From Octopus vulgaris (taxonomy: Eukaryota), in assembly GCA_951406725.2 (NCBI GenBank), contig OX597833.1, positions 6,882,001 through 6,946,000 of the forward strand: a stretch of 64,000 nt of DNA, in the 5' to 3' direction. Below, piece by piece: positions 39,039-53,284 of the stretch. Both the position numbers and the translations under genes were made by a program. Numbering within the stretch: the stretch's first letter is position 1; every line of letters begins with the position of its first letter. A model generated the notes under the pieces. It was not told the origin of the DNA. It did not search any database and was given only the letters and a program-made list of their open reading frames with translations.

Positions 39039-40780
39039 ATTTCTGTATATACTTTGTTCCCTCTCGACATACGTAGAATATAGGGGCCGCCACTGCCATT
39101 TCCTCACCACCACATAACCATCGTACTAACCCCCCACATTCTTACGCCACCATCCCAACACCGCACCACGTCAACACAACACCATCACATCATACCACCA
39201 TAAAACCACTACAACCATCACCACCACCACCACCACCACCACCTCCATCATTATCATCCCTACACCACTATACAACCACCACCCATCACTACCTCCACCT
39301 CCACCACGACCACAACCACCACCATCATCGGTCAAAGATACCATGGACAATGACCACTTGTTGAATTATTGGCATTTGATAATGATTGTTATTGTAGTTA
39401 TTGGTGGTGGTGGTGGTGGTGGTGGTGGTGGTGGTGGTGGTGGTATGGTATGTGATAAGTGGTTGTGTTTAAAAATGTATTCTTGAGTTCGGAGGTGTGA
39501 CTTGTTAGTAGTATATCTGGACATGGAGATAGAGGGAGGGTGAGGGTAGAGGTAAAAATACGGAGGGAGAAAGGGTGAGAGAAAAATGGGGTATATATAT
39601 ATATATACACATCTATATACACATCTATATATATAAATATATATATACATCTATATCTATATATATATAAATGTATATATATATATTTACACACACGCAC
39701 ATATACACACACGCACGCACGCGTGTACACACACACATATATGCATATATATATATATATACATATACACATATATATATATGTACATCGAGAGGGAGAG
39801 AGGAGAGAGAGAAAGTGTGTGAGTGTGTGGGGTGGGGGAGGGAAGAAGTGGCATGGCGACAGAGTCTTCGTATCATAGAAGGTCTTTTGTTTTTAATCTT
39901 CTATTTTTGATTCTAGAATTTTTCAGGTTTCGATAAGACACAATAAAGTCAGGCCATTGTCCTAACTACAACCTTAACTTCAACAAAACGCTTACACTAA
40001 ATTCTTTAACACAAACACAGACACAACCCAAACACAAGCCATGCTATGACACAAATCTCTCTCAAAAATTCTATGGTCTCGTCCTTAATGTAGCCCCAAC
40101 ACTCATACGAGCGAAAACCACAATCTTACACCTAATACAAACAAACCCCTAACTTTAACACAAACTAAGGTACTATTATAAATCACGAGGGGTACTTACA
40201 GAATGGCCGAGGCTTATGAACGTTCTTATTTCGATTTTGAAGCATAAACTTATAAATCTTCATTGCATTGCTTTAAGATAACGATTTTTGTCCCTGGTTT
40301 CCAGCGGAAAGTGCTGCATTCAAGTTTGTTTCATTTTGTCAAAGATCCCTCGATTGTCTCCGATTGCTGACGAAATTCCGCAACAGGATTGAAACTAGTT
40401 CGGCAGATCCCTATTTTTTTTTCTTACTATCCATAAAGATATAGAAAATAAAGACATGGTGTTTCTTGTTGAATGGTAACGCAGTTTATTTTGCAACCAC
40501 GAGAGCGGGTTTCAATGTTTGTGGATGAAACCGAGCGATCGGGAACTATATAGAAACCCTTGGAGAGATTGTAATTTAAAGGTACCGCCTTGTCACACAA
40601 TGTGTCGCTTTGGGAATTACATTAAGGCCGCATGTGTCTGTGGAATACTCAACTGCTTTCATGGTCGCTCAATGAGAATGTGATTCGGTTGATGGAACAA
40701 CTGCGCCTTCATCATTGAAACCGACGGAGATCCATCTATACACACAGAGTTCGCAAAATATTTTTAGATATATTCTATAG

Positions 40781-40981
40781 CAGTGCTTTTCAAACTTTTT
40801 GCTGGAGCGGAACCCCAAGGAAACATTCCACTGGCTCGAGGAACCCCTGTGCAATAATTTAATAGTCTTATGCACACATATCTGCACAGGAGAATTAAAA
40901 ATTACTGCCGATTTTAGCAGTTTTGTAACTTCTTGCGGAACCCCTGGACTGCACTGGCGGAACCCTGGTTGAAAACCACTG
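40781..40981. mobile_element. hAT (Charlie/MER-type) MITE with 8-bp TSD
   Basis: TIR CAGTGCTTTTCAA / TTGAAAACCACTG; perfect TSD TTCTATAG at 40773-40780 and 40982-40989; repeated GGAACCC subterminal motifs. Confidence 0.93.
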
Positions 40982-41503
40982 TTCTATAGCATAGAAACAT
41001 GATTGAAACAAAACACTGTTACCGCACGAGTAATTTAGTCATTGAAGCGTCTGCTAAGAATGCGTTACATATGCAAATTGGTACTTCCAGTTTTCTGAAG
41101 CCTTCGGTAATACTGGATTTATTAGCAGATAAAGAGAGTAATGTTTCGTTGTTGAAATCTCAAGCAAAAACACACAGTTTTTACTCAACATGAACACACA
41201 GGATCACAATGTTGAATACAACTGTACAGACACATATAAATCAAATATATCTGAATACGAGATGTAAGGGAGTAAAAGATGCTAGTGGCAGAATGCGAAG
41301 GTCAATGAAAAGGTCAAAGCTGTGAAGCAAAAGACTTCGATAAACCGATGTTTAATTAGTTAATTAATAACTTAATTAAAGAAATGAACTACATCCAGTA
41401 TGTGTGTTATTATTGGCATAATGACCCTTCCCAGTACAACAATATCTGTTTCAACACACGATCTCACATTAAGAATCTTTCGAAATAAATACAAAGATGA
41501 CAC

Positions 41504-41556
<53 letters not shown>

Positions 41557-41915
41557 GCCTATGTATACGTAGGCATATCCCTTTCCCTTCGTCTATGCCT
41601 TTCTCCTTAAGTCATTTCAAAACATTTAATCACATTTGCCTTAATTAACGAATCCATTTTAAATAAGCTCACTAATGACTTTAAGCATTTTAAAACATTT
41701 CGCTTTCATTTAATATTATTTTAAGCAAGTCAAACCCCACAAGGATTTAAATGATCGTCTGACACCAACGCTTTCCTCTTTATTTTACACCCTCAAATAC
41801 GTCTTCTTACCCGTCACCACTTGCCTCTATACTCTTCTTCTTTATTATTATTGCTCTGTTTTGTTGCTTTTGCTGTTCTTGTTGTTGTTATTGTTGTAGA
41901 TGTTGTTTAGAAAGG

Positions 41916-41968
<53 letters not shown>

Positions 41969-42091
41969 GAAGCGGCGAGCTGGCAGATTCGTTGGTATTT
42001 CATCTGTTAAGGCGGCGAGCTGGCAGAAACGTTAGCGGCATTGCGTCTGCCGCTACGATCTGAGTTCAAATTCAGCGTTTGTGTGCATGTG

Positions 42092-42128
<37 letters not shown>

Positions 42129-42197
42129 CTACACAGCTTGTTGCTTTCATTAATGTGTATGTGTGTGTGTGTTATGTATTATGTATATGTATGTATG

Positions 42198-42232
<35 letters not shown>

Positions 42233-42245
42233 TTCATGTATCATG

Positions 42246-42292
<47 letters not shown>

Positions 42293-42295
42293 TAT

Positions 42296-42381
<86 letters not shown>

Positions 42382-42520
42382 AGATGAATAATCTTGTTGC
42401 AGATTAATCAAAAGTTTAACCGATACCTTGGTAGCAAAAATCACGGCAGAAGAAAGCACGGTTGGAGATAAAACCTTTTGGTGTTGCAACCGTGCGTTGG
42501 TGCGGATAATTGAATTTTAG

Positions 42521-42749
42521 TATTATTAGTGAATTGAAGAAATGGAGTTGAACGAAGATTGAACAGAATTCCTTTTATTGCATTCTACACATGTTTCAAA
42601 AGCCACAATTTTCCAAATTCTGATTAAATAAGGATCCCATATTGTGGCTTTCTCTTCTGTTTTGTTCTGCCAACGGAATTCCTATTTTTTTCCTGAAGAG
42701 AAAGCCACAATATGGGATCCTTATTTAATCAGAATTTGGAAAATTGTGG

Positions 42750-42817
<68 letters not shown>

Positions 42818-42889
42818 TTGAAACATGTGTAGAATGCAATAAAAGGAATTCTGTTCAATCTTCGTTCAACTCCATTTCTTCAATTCACT

Positions 42890-42896
<7 letters not shown>
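42521..42896. mobile_element. Palindromic hammerhead-bearing element (Penelope pLTR-like inverted duplication)
   Basis: Arm 42521-42657 reads by eye as the exact reverse complement of 42695-42896 except for a ~66-bp (TA)n insertion; 37-bp spacer. Confidence 0.85.
42690..42834 (+). ncRNA. Type I hammerhead-like motif with long stem II, interrupted by (TA)n
   Basis: TTC CTGAAGA G AAAGCCACAAT...ATTGTGGCT[(TA)n]TTT GAAA C ATGT GTA GAA. Confidence 0.65.
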
Positions 42897-42920
<24 letters not shown>

Positions 42921-42936
42921 ATGAATTATGTATTAC

Positions 42937-43133
<197 letters not shown>

Positions 43134-43462
43134 TTATATATACAGACACATGCGTACATATGATGTAGGTCCGCTATGTCATGTAAATGGTGTACGTATT
43201 ATAAACCATTTAGTATATATTCGCAACATGTGGCAGCGTTGCTCAGTCTTTTGTAGATCGACTAAAGCTTTCGTATACACGAGCTCTCGCATACGCACGC
43301 ACACACACACAAATACATATATACACACACACACTCAAACACACACTTACATGCTCCACGTATACATACGTACACGTTTTGTCCAAGTAACCTGCAAGGA
43401 GTCGGGTTAACTTCTGAATAACAGCGAACTGGATCAGGAGAAATATGAAAGTATAGAATTGC

Positions 43463-43505
<43 letters not shown>

Positions 43506-43731
43506 GAGTGTATATTTTGTGTCTGTTGACTGTGTACACCGAGTACGACCCACCCCCACCCCCATCCTTCCACCCGTTTCTATCCATCTGATATCTTTGT
43601 TTCGAACCAGCTACCACACTGCGATAACACTCAGATAAGGAACGAAAACCTCTTGGCCTGCCATGCTTCTGCGTCTGCGACAACAACAACAACTACAACT
43701 ATTGATACTACCACCACTGCTACTACTACTA

Positions 43732-43763
<32 letters not shown>

Positions 43764-44898
43764 AATACTACTACAGCAAACTGAAGTTCAACAACGATTA
43801 TTGTTATAGCCATCAGGAAGCACACGCCAATATCACCACCATTCCCCATCACCACCACCACCACCATCACCACCATCACCACCATCAACACCACCACCAC
43901 CACCCTTACCGCCACCACCATCATCACTACCACCACAGATCACTAACACCACCGCTTCCAGCGCAACCTCATTACACGACTGCCACGACCACCACCACTA
44001 ATTCTTCCACCGCGACGCGCTGCCAATTCCACTATCATGAACTCCACTACCATCAATACGAAGATGGGGGATGGCCACGGCTGGCATGTCTGATTAATTA
44101 GACTGGTCTACGGCTAAACAGCCACACCATCAATAACCCACCCCCCACCCCCGAGAAAGAAGAAGAAGAAGAAGAAGAAGAAGAAGAAGAAGAAGAAGAA
44201 GAAGAAGAAGAAGAATAGGAGGAGGAGGAGGAGGAGGAGGAGGTTGTGGGGGGTGTAATGGGAGGGGTAGAAGAAGAAGAAGAAGAGGAGAGGCTTTGCC
44301 ACTCATTACCCAGTAACGCAGAGATAACGGACTGGACAACAACAACCACAACAACAACCACAACAATAACCACAACAACAACCACAACAGCCACGGCTAC
44401 AAAGCAACTGTCTGTGCCACCATTATTCGCTACGGTCACCACAAACCTCACCACCCTCCCCCACAGCTACCACAACCACCATACCACCACCCCGCGGCCC
44501 GCTCCACCGCCACCACCACCAAATGTAAGGCGGTGGAAGTTTAAGGTGGAGTGTGACAGAGGACAGATGTTGGTTTGGTGGTTCACTTGGTGTGAGTAGA
44601 AGTGGTAGGAGATGAGAGTGAGGAGGTGGGAGGTCAATGAGGTAAAGGGTAAGAAAGAGAGAGAGAAACAAAGGAGGAATAAAAGAGAGAGAGAGAGAAA
44701 GAAAGAGCGAAAGAGAGAGAGAGAGAAAGAGAGAGAGACTGAAGAGTCTGCAATGGTTCTTTGACATTTGACATGTTTCTCTCGCAACATCTTCCTCTTT
44801 TCTCAGAATATTCTTGAATTATCGTCGCTGTTGTTATTCTTGTTTAGCCCTAGGTCAGTCTCAGCTATGCATTCCAACTGTGATTCCAGAACTACATT

Positions 44899-45299
44899 AC
44901 TCTTTTACTTGTTTCAGTCATTTGACTGCGGCCATGCTGGAGCACCGCCTATAGTCGAGCAAATCGACCCCGGGACTTATTCTTTGTAAGCCCAGTACTT
45001 ATTCTATCGGTCTCTTTTGCCGAACCACTAAGTTACGGGGACGTAAACATACCAGCATCGGTTGTCAAGCAATGCTAGGGGGACAAACACAGACACCCAT
45101 ACATACACACACACACTTATATATATACATATATACGACGGGCTTCTTTCAGTTTCCGTCTACCAAATCCACTCACAAGGCATTGGTCGGCCCGGGCTAT
45201 AGCAGAAGACACTTGCCCAAGATGACACGCAGTGGGACTGAACCCGGAACCATGTGGTTGGTTAGCAAGCTACTTTACCACACAGCCACTCCTGCGCCT
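44899..45299 (-). mobile_element. SINE family B, full-length
   Basis: Near-identical reverse complement of 19250-19632. Confidence 0.93.
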
Positions 45300-45602
45300 A
45301 TAATTGTCTAATTCTTTTGGGGTTTTTTTTTTGGGGGGGGGTTAAGACGATAGGATGTAATGTGAAAGAAACTTAGCTACTACTTCTAGAAAGTCAAAAG
45401 CGACCAAAGAATTCCCACCATTGGATCCAATCTACTTGGGGCTTTAATTTCTGTAGAAGAAAGCCTTCTTTCATTTTTGCAGGATCACGTTGAGTTTTTG
45501 GTCCTAATCTTCTCTCTGAGTCTATTTCTCAGTCTTTCTAGTGAGACTGTCTCTAATTTCTTAACACAATTAATGTTCGATGTAACGGCCAAGAAAGTAT
45601 TA

Positions 45603-46100
45603 TGGCTTTATAAGCAGTGTGTTCGTGTGTAGTGAAGGAGGATTCACAGCTGCTGACGAAGATCCCCCCAAAAGTCAAATATAAAGCTGGTCTGTCCACA
45701 AACTCATTACGCAAATGTATTGTTTACAATCGTCGTAGCTCACAGTATTGGTTAACAAGTCCATAGACATGTTCTATAATACATTAAATCAATCAAATTA
45801 AGTAATGATAACACAGCAATAATTTAATATTCGGTCTAACGTCTTAGAAATGCGTTAAAGTATGCAAATCGGTTTATCCCGCTTACTTTAGCCACTAATA
45901 TCAGTGGCTTTACAAGCAGTGTGTTCGTGGACAGTTAAGGTGGGTGCACAGGTGTTGACGAAGATATTTTAATTAGGGTCAAAACGTGCCTCTACAACTG
46001 GCCCCTGTTTTCTGCCCACAAACATATTGTATAGACGTATAGTTTCCATTCATCCTAATGTCTAGCATTGGCTCAAAATCCTGTAAATGTATTCCGTTAT
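45603..46100 (+). repeat. Diverged ~302-bp tandem dimer, each unit with a decayed hammerhead-like core
   Basis: TGGCTTTA.AAGCAGTGTGTTCGTG at 45603 and 45905; (C/T)TGACGAAGAT...GTC.AAA at 45653 and 45955; CTG.CCACAAAC downstream in both. Confidence 0.7.
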
Positions 46101-46673
46101 GTTTTATAGTAATATATTAGTTAATATTAGCTAACAATAGCCTTCTAATCTCAACGTTTAAACCCCCAGAATTCTAAACCATTCCTATATTTCTAGACGT
46201 TGGCTGTTCCATGTATTACTTTGATGGTATAATGACCAAGAAATGGGGTCCCTTTTTTTATCCCGTCTCCCGGACATCTGTTTACCATTTCACTTTTAAG
46301 TGCTTTTCTTCTAAACCTTATATTTCCTTAATGTTCACTTTTTTCCTCCTAAGAATTCCCTTTGTTATTTTTGCCACTCTCCCTCCTCCTCACTCACCCC
46401 TCGTCTAAATTCTCTGTCTTTTTCTTCTTCGCCTCCTTGAAGATAGAAAACACTTTCCATCGTGTATTCCAGATATTTTTATCCTTTGTGTATTAACAAT
46501 TTGTATCAAACCACTTCTATTCCCTTCGGTTATATTTATATAAAACCCACTGCGGTTATTTTGCAGTGATTCTATCATTGTAGTTGTCCCCTTTGCCCAT
46601 CTTTTTCTGCCCCTTGCAAATATAAACTATTTATTTTTTTACTATTATCATTTTCTTTTACTGTTCTACTTTG

Positions 46674-47245
46674 GCAGAATCGTTAGAGCATCGGAAAATT
46701 TACTTTGTGGCATTTCTTCTGGCGTCTTACGATCTGAGTTCATGTCACGCCGATGTCAGTTTTTAGTTTTTGTTGTTCCGTTATCAACAAAACAAAGTAC
46801 CAGTCAAGTACTGCGGTCGATGTAACCGACTGACTCTCCCCCTCAAAATTGCTGGCCTTGTGCAAAAGTTAGAAAGGGTTATTTAAAGGTGGCAAGCTGA
46901 GAGAATCGTTAGCAAGCCGGACAAAATGCTTTATGCCATTTCGTCCGTCTTTACGTTGTTTACAAATTCCGCTGAGGTTGACTTTGCCTTTCAGTCTTTC
47001 CGGTCGGGATCGATGTAATCGACTTGACCCCGTCCCTCAAACAATTTCAGACCATGTCTTTAGGGAAGAAAGAATTATTATTATTATTATCGTTGCGTAA
47101 GGCGTTCAAATACCGTTGAAGTCGGAACTGCCTTTCATTTTTTCAGGGTCGATAAATAAAGTACCAGTGAAACACTGGAGTCGATGTAATCGACTTCTCC
47201 TCTCCTCCAAAATGTCAGGCCTTGTGCCAATATTAGAAAGGATAA
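46674..47245 (+). mobile_element. Cluster of three tandem family C (tail type 2) SINEs
   Basis: Three successive C units ending AGAAAGGGTTAT / AGAAAGAATTAT / AGAAAGGATAAT. Confidence 0.85.
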
Positions 47246-47255
47246 TTATCACCAC

Positions 47256-47294
<39 letters not shown>

Positions 47295-47320
47295 TATCAT
47301 TATTGTTATTATTATTATTA

Positions 47321-47378
<58 letters not shown>

Positions 47379-47380
47379 CA

Positions 47381-47940
47381 TTGAGTGAGAGAGCAGTTCA
47401 TGCCATCAAAGTGACACTGGGGTAAAATATACGAAGCCCAATATACCCATCATGACTACCCGTCTGATAAAGGTACACCAGGCACATGCATCACAACCAT
47501 ATGTGCGCGACATGGTGATCTCATATCAAGATAAACAGCACATGACCTTGCAGGTGGGGCCCAGTTAGAATTTTTTTCAGGTTGAGTAGCCCATCCCGCT
47601 CAAACGGTCCCTGAATAAGGGTTGTTTAAGGATGTTGAAAGAACCACCCATGTTTCCAGAGGTGAACTATTCAAACCCCAAAGAATCCCTCTCAACACAT
47701 GGCTATGATGCTCCCCCACTACTTCTGCTCGTGATCAGAGATGCACATATCGTCAGCCACTAAGGGACATGCTCAACTGGTTAAGGTCAAACAACTGACA
47801 AGCAAATCTGTGGTATTGAGCAGAATATTTGCTGTAGCCCATCTTTTATACCAAGACAAAACAATGTACATGATAACACTTCCAATCAGTTAAGATCAGA
47901 AGCCATGAGGGCCACTGTATGGTACTGCATCAGGGCATTT
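47381..47940 (-). mobile_element. Unclassified ~560-bp non-coding element inserted in a (TAA)n array
   Basis: Unique sequence bounded by (TTA)n; its left ~130 bp is repeated at 48036-48168, also bounded by (TTA)n. Strand is inferred from the truncation pattern. Confidence 0.75.
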
Positions 47941-47945
47941 TATTA

Positions 47946-48035
<90 letters not shown>

Positions 48036-48037
<2 letters not shown>

Positions 48038-48166
48038 GAGTGAGAGAGCAGTGCATGCCATCAAAGTGACACTGGAGTACAAATATACGAAGCCCGGTAT
48101 ACCCATCATGACTACCCGTCTGATAAGGGTACACCAGGCACATGCATCACAACCATATGTGCACGA

Positions 48167-48168
<2 letters not shown>
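48036..48168 (-). mobile_element. Truncated second copy of the (TAA)n-embedded element
   Basis: TTGAGTGAGAGAGCAGT.CATGCCATCAAAGTGACACTGG...CCATATGTGC.CGAC matches 47381-47510. Confidence 0.9.
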
Positions 48169-48218
<50 letters not shown>

Positions 48219-48404
48219 GCAGGCAGGATAGTCAGCGCATCGAACAAAATGCTAAACGGTATTTCTTCTGGCCCTTTACGCCGAGGATGACTTAGCCTTT
48301 CATCTTTTCGCCATCATCATCATCATCACCACCACCACTACCACTGACATCACGATCATTACTACTACTACTATTACTACTACTACTACTACTACTACTA
48401 CTAT

Positions 48405-48442
<38 letters not shown>

Positions 48443-50475
48443 TCACCATAATTTATAGTGGTGATGGTGGTGGTGGTGGTGGTGGTGGTGGTGGTGATGG
48501 TGGTGATGGTGATGGTGAAGAGTTAGGTGACAGTAGATTAGGTGGTACCTTCGTCTCGGTAAAACTGGAAGATGTGGTTATGTTAGTGGTAATGACGGTG
48601 GTAGTTTTAGTGGGGATGGTCATGGTGATAATGATTTTAGCGGTGATAGTGGTGGTGGTCGTGGTGGTGTTGGTGGTGGTGGCGGTGGTGGTAGTAGTCG
48701 TAGTAGTAGTAGTGGCGGTGGTGGTGGTGGTGGTGGTAGTAGTAGTAGTAGTAGTGGTGATGGTGGTGGTAGTGGTGGTGGTGTGGTCGTCGTCGTAGTA
48801 CCTAGGTGGTGATGGTGGTGGTGTTCCAGTACATAACTCCACACCCCTTCCAATCCCCAGCGTTATTTTGGGAGTGTGGCACAACGGTACTCCCCCACCC
48901 TAACCACCCGGAGGGGGGAGGGGGGGCTGACCTGCTGCCTCTACAAAGTAATTTCATTTACGTTATAGTTCGGAGGGCGAGGGGTAGGGGACCTTTTGTT
49001 ATTGTTAGCGTAGTAGTAGTAGTAGTAGTAGTAGTAGTAAAGCTATTAGCGATGTTGATGATAATGGTGGTGGTGGTGGTGATGATGATGATGGCGATGA
49101 TGATGATGGTGGTGGTTGTAATGGTGGTGGTGGTGGTGGTGGTGGTGGTGGTGGTGGTGGTGATGATGAAGATGATGAGGATGATGATGATGATGATGAT
49201 GATAGTGGTGAAGATGGTGGAACTGATAGTTTGGGTGGTGGAAGTGGTGGTGGTGGTGGTGGTGGTGGCGGTGGTTGTGTCTATCTCCCAGTTCTCTCAT
49301 CCTCCAGGACACTTCAAAAGACCAACCGCCACGCACGCACGCACGCATGCACACACATCCCGTCGCCACCCACCACTTTCCACCACCCAACCACTCGTCA
49401 CTCCCCCACTCCCTCGATTCCACTTAATGATATCCAAATTTTGGGCTTGATGAACGGGGGGGGAGGGGCGCTGTTGATGGTGGTGGTGATGGTAATGGAA
49501 GAATAACTAAGGGGGGGATGGTCTAATATTCCGATTGGGATTTCACATGGAGACAATAGAGGATGGCATTAGGGGTGGTGAGGATGTGGTGGCGGCGGTT
49601 AAGATGGTGTTTAAGATGCGCCGACGATGCGATAATACGGTGCGGGAATCTGCTGAGATTCCGGCCCAGGGGTACAGGGGTACGGTGGAGGTATGGTAAG
49701 GGTGGTGGGAGTGTTGACCCGACTGACTGATTGGTTTAGTGGTGTGTGGGTCGGTCGGTCGTTCGGTGAGTTTTTGGTGACCCGACGTCACGTGTTTGGA
49801 TGTCTTCGAGTCTGCTGGTTTAAGCATCAAATTTACCATTTTCTCTGATGCGACTTGTGTCTCTAATTCTTCGCTTAAATCAAGTTGTATGAAATATTTT
49901 TCATATGTGATGATGGTTGAATAAAGGAAAGAAGATGTGTGGATGTGAATTGGGAGTGGATGGGAGGGCCCGGGAGGGCCCAAAGACAATCACAACACGT
50001 GCCAGGGGATAGCAGGAGATGGCAGGGTCGGGGGTGAACTAATGGGTATCAGACGGACGAATGTGTGGGATGTGCGTCTCTACTCTGATTCTACCCTAAG
50101 CACTAGCATTACCCGTCTCCTCGCACCCACACACCCGTCATCTTGTGTAGAATCGATGGAGCAAAAAATGGACGTAAATATAATTTTAGACTTATTTCAA
50201 AAGCTAAAATATCATTTTTTTAATAATATTTTTTTTTACTTGTTTCAGTCGTTGGACGGCGGCCGTTCTGGGGCACCGCTTTGAATGGTTTTAATCGAAC
50301 GAATCGGTCCCATTACGTATCAGTTTTAAAACTGGTTCTTATTTTATTCGGTTATTTTGCTGAACCGCTAAGTTACAGGGGGGTGTAAACTAACCAACAC
50401 TGGTTATCAAATTGTGGGAGATAATTCACAAACAGTCACATATACACAGATATATATATATATATATATATATAT

Positions 50476-50695
50476 ATTTCTTTACTATCTATAAGGGGCT
50501 AAACATAGAGGGGACAAACAAGGACAGACAAAGGGATTAAGTCGATTACATCGACCCCAGTGCGAAACTGCTACTTTATTTATCGACCCCAAAGGGATGA
50601 AAGGCAAAGTCGACCTCGGCGGAATTTGAACTCAGAACGTAACGACAGTCGAAATACCGCTAAGCATCCCGCCCGGCGTGCTAACGTTTCTGCCA
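50476..50695 (-). mobile_element. SINE family C (tail type 1), adjoining the microsatellite of a family B tail (50235-50440)
   Basis: Matches the reverse complement of 8742-8977. Confidence 0.88.
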
Positions 50696-51443
50696 TAAAT
50701 GCATACATAAATACATACATACATACATACATGATGGATTCTCTTGTCGTGAAGAACAAATGAGGCTTTCAGTAAAATAAAGTGTCAGACATGTCCAATG
50801 TTACTCGAATGTGTCTCTTGAGACTTTCTGGTGCCTTGCAGACCTTTTGACAAATGAAACAAGTTGAGGACTCAGTTTGTTCGAGTGCTCCTGGATCATT
50901 TACTAAGGGTTTTGTTGAAAGGACGGCTTTGCTGCGTGCCACAAAAGGTAAGGTAAGGTTTCCATTTAGGGGTGGTGGTGGTGGTGGTGGTGGTGGTGGT
51001 GGTGGTGGATCTCCGTCGCTCGATGATGAGGATTCAGTTATTTGACCAACCGAATTACCTGTTTCTGAATTTACGTATGAGTGGATGAGTATTCCGGACG
51101 TGTTCTCTTAATCAAATTCTCAGGCAGAATCAGTGTGACGCAGTTTCTAGCAAAGCTGTACCTTTAGAATTCCAGATACAATCCCAACGATGGGTTTCTC
51201 TACAGTTTCCTTGCACCAAGTTTCACTCATATAATACGGGTCGACCCGAGGCTATAGAAAATTACGTTTGCCACAAGACTTCCTGCAGTGAGATCGAACA
51301 CGGAACCTTCTTGTTGCGAAGCAAACTTCTCACCCATTCAACCATACGACACCTCGTACAATACAGTAACAAAGTTGTAGAAGCAAAAAGCTTCATGATT
51401 TTTATTTTTATTTTCAATTTAATTATTTTTTCTTCATAATTCT

Positions 51444-51676
51444 TATTTCTTTACTGCCTACAAGGGGCTACACACAGAGGGGACAAACAAGGACAGACAA
51501 ACAGATTAAATCGATTATATCGATCCCAATGCGTAACTGGCACTTATTTAATCGATCCCGAAAGGATGAAATGCAAAAGTCGACCTCGACGGAATTTGAA
51601 CTCACAACGTAACGCAGACGAAATACCGCTAAGCATTTCGCCCGGTGCGCTAACATTTCTGCCAGCTCGCCGCCTT
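51444..51676 (-). mobile_element. SINE family C (tail type 1) with 16-bp TSD
   Basis: TTTTCTTCATAATTCT at 51428-51443 and 51675-51690. Confidence 0.93.
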
Positions 51677-53208
51677 TTCTTCATAATTCTGGCTCCTCTC
51701 GTCCCTCGAATGTGTGGCCCGTTAGACCATTGAACTAAATAGTACCTTTTGCTCTATGAGCTGTGAGTTCAAATCCTGCCAAAGTCAAAATTGCCTGTGA
51801 TTTTTTCGGAGCTGTTGAAAAAGAATTCCAGTCTAGGATCGGTTGTGTCTGTGCTGGCGGCGTCAGTGGCACTGGTGGGGACGTTGGCGGCGGCAGCGGT
51901 GGCGGTGGCGGTGGCGGTGGTGGTGGTGGTTGTGGTGATGGTGGTGGTGTTAGGAGTGGTGGTTGGTGGCTTGAGTCCTTTGGTGAAAAATCTCTTGATC
52001 CCTAGAAGTAGAGCCAGGAGTGACTTTCTGGCCCCTTACAATGACACGTTGTGAGACACATGACAGGCTCACTTTGAACTGAAGTAGCCAAAGGAATGTT
52101 TAGGGGTCGAGGTTCATCGGGTGTCTTCAACGTATGAGATGGTCTGTTTGATAAAAAGATAAACAACAACTGTCCCCTTCCATCACAGCGAAACCCCCTT
52201 GCAGGAGCAACAACAACAACAACAGCAACAAGACATGAGGCGTGATGGTATGGTGGTGTGGCGTGTGTGGTGGTGTTACGACCAGGGCTGATACTGGTCC
52301 TTGTCATCTCAATTAAAGTAGACCCCTATTTGTTCGTAAATAAATACTTAAGGATAGGGAATTGAAAAGTAAGGGTTTTCAAGTGGTTTACGAAGATAAC
52401 TGGAATGAAAAAGGATCGCCGTGATTTATAACAATTATAAACCCTCGGCCAGAAAATAACGCGATACGGTTTCGATTCTCCGGAGTGAACTTGTCAGATA
52501 ATTTTACATCAATAACACGAGAGAGATACCATAAGTTGTTTTTTTTTACTTCGATTTTAGCAGAGAGAATAAGCAGTGTCCATGACACCTAGCAGGTGGG
52601 TCTGCGGCACTGTGGAGCTGGGGGAGGGAAGGAGTGAGGGAGGAAGCCACAAATTGGCCAACTGTTATTTGGGTCTTATCTTAAGTCGACACTGATCGAA
52701 CCTTGAACCTTCTTAACCATTCGAGCATAATGTCTCTCTCTTTCTCGCATTGTCTCTGCCTCTCTCTCTCTCGCTCGCTCTCTCCACACAAACGCACACA
52801 TACATACATAGACACACACACACACACACACACGCACGCACGAACACACACATACATACACACGTACACATACAAGGGAGAGATTGAATGAGAGATATTT
52901 CCTTCTGTATATGATAATGTTTGAAAGGCTGAACGTGGGGAAGGGGGTGACGTTAGCTAGATATATACACTGATAAACATAGGCGTGAGTACAAGCGTGT
53001 GTGTGTGTGTGTGTGTGTGTGAGTGTGTGTGTGTGTGCGTGTGTGTGTGTGTGTGTGCAATTAGTATTTACTAGTTTGTTACATTTAGTTCGGTAAGTAA
53101 GTATGTATGCATGTATGTATGTGTGTATGTAGTAATGCATGTCTCTATCATCTACGTAGATATGCAACTAGATAGATAGAGAGAGAGAGAGAGAAAGATA
53201 GATAGAGT

Positions 53209-53249
<41 letters not shown>

Positions 53250-53250
53250 T

Positions 53251-53284
<34 letters not shown>

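Noticed and set aside
39960-40170. CCTAAC-like hexamers as interstitial telomeric repeat
   Set aside because: Too degenerate; no run of CCCTAA
40185-40550. Possible mariner 5' fragment (CACGAGGGG start, DE..RSG-like)
   Set aside because: Too decayed to call without an HMM search
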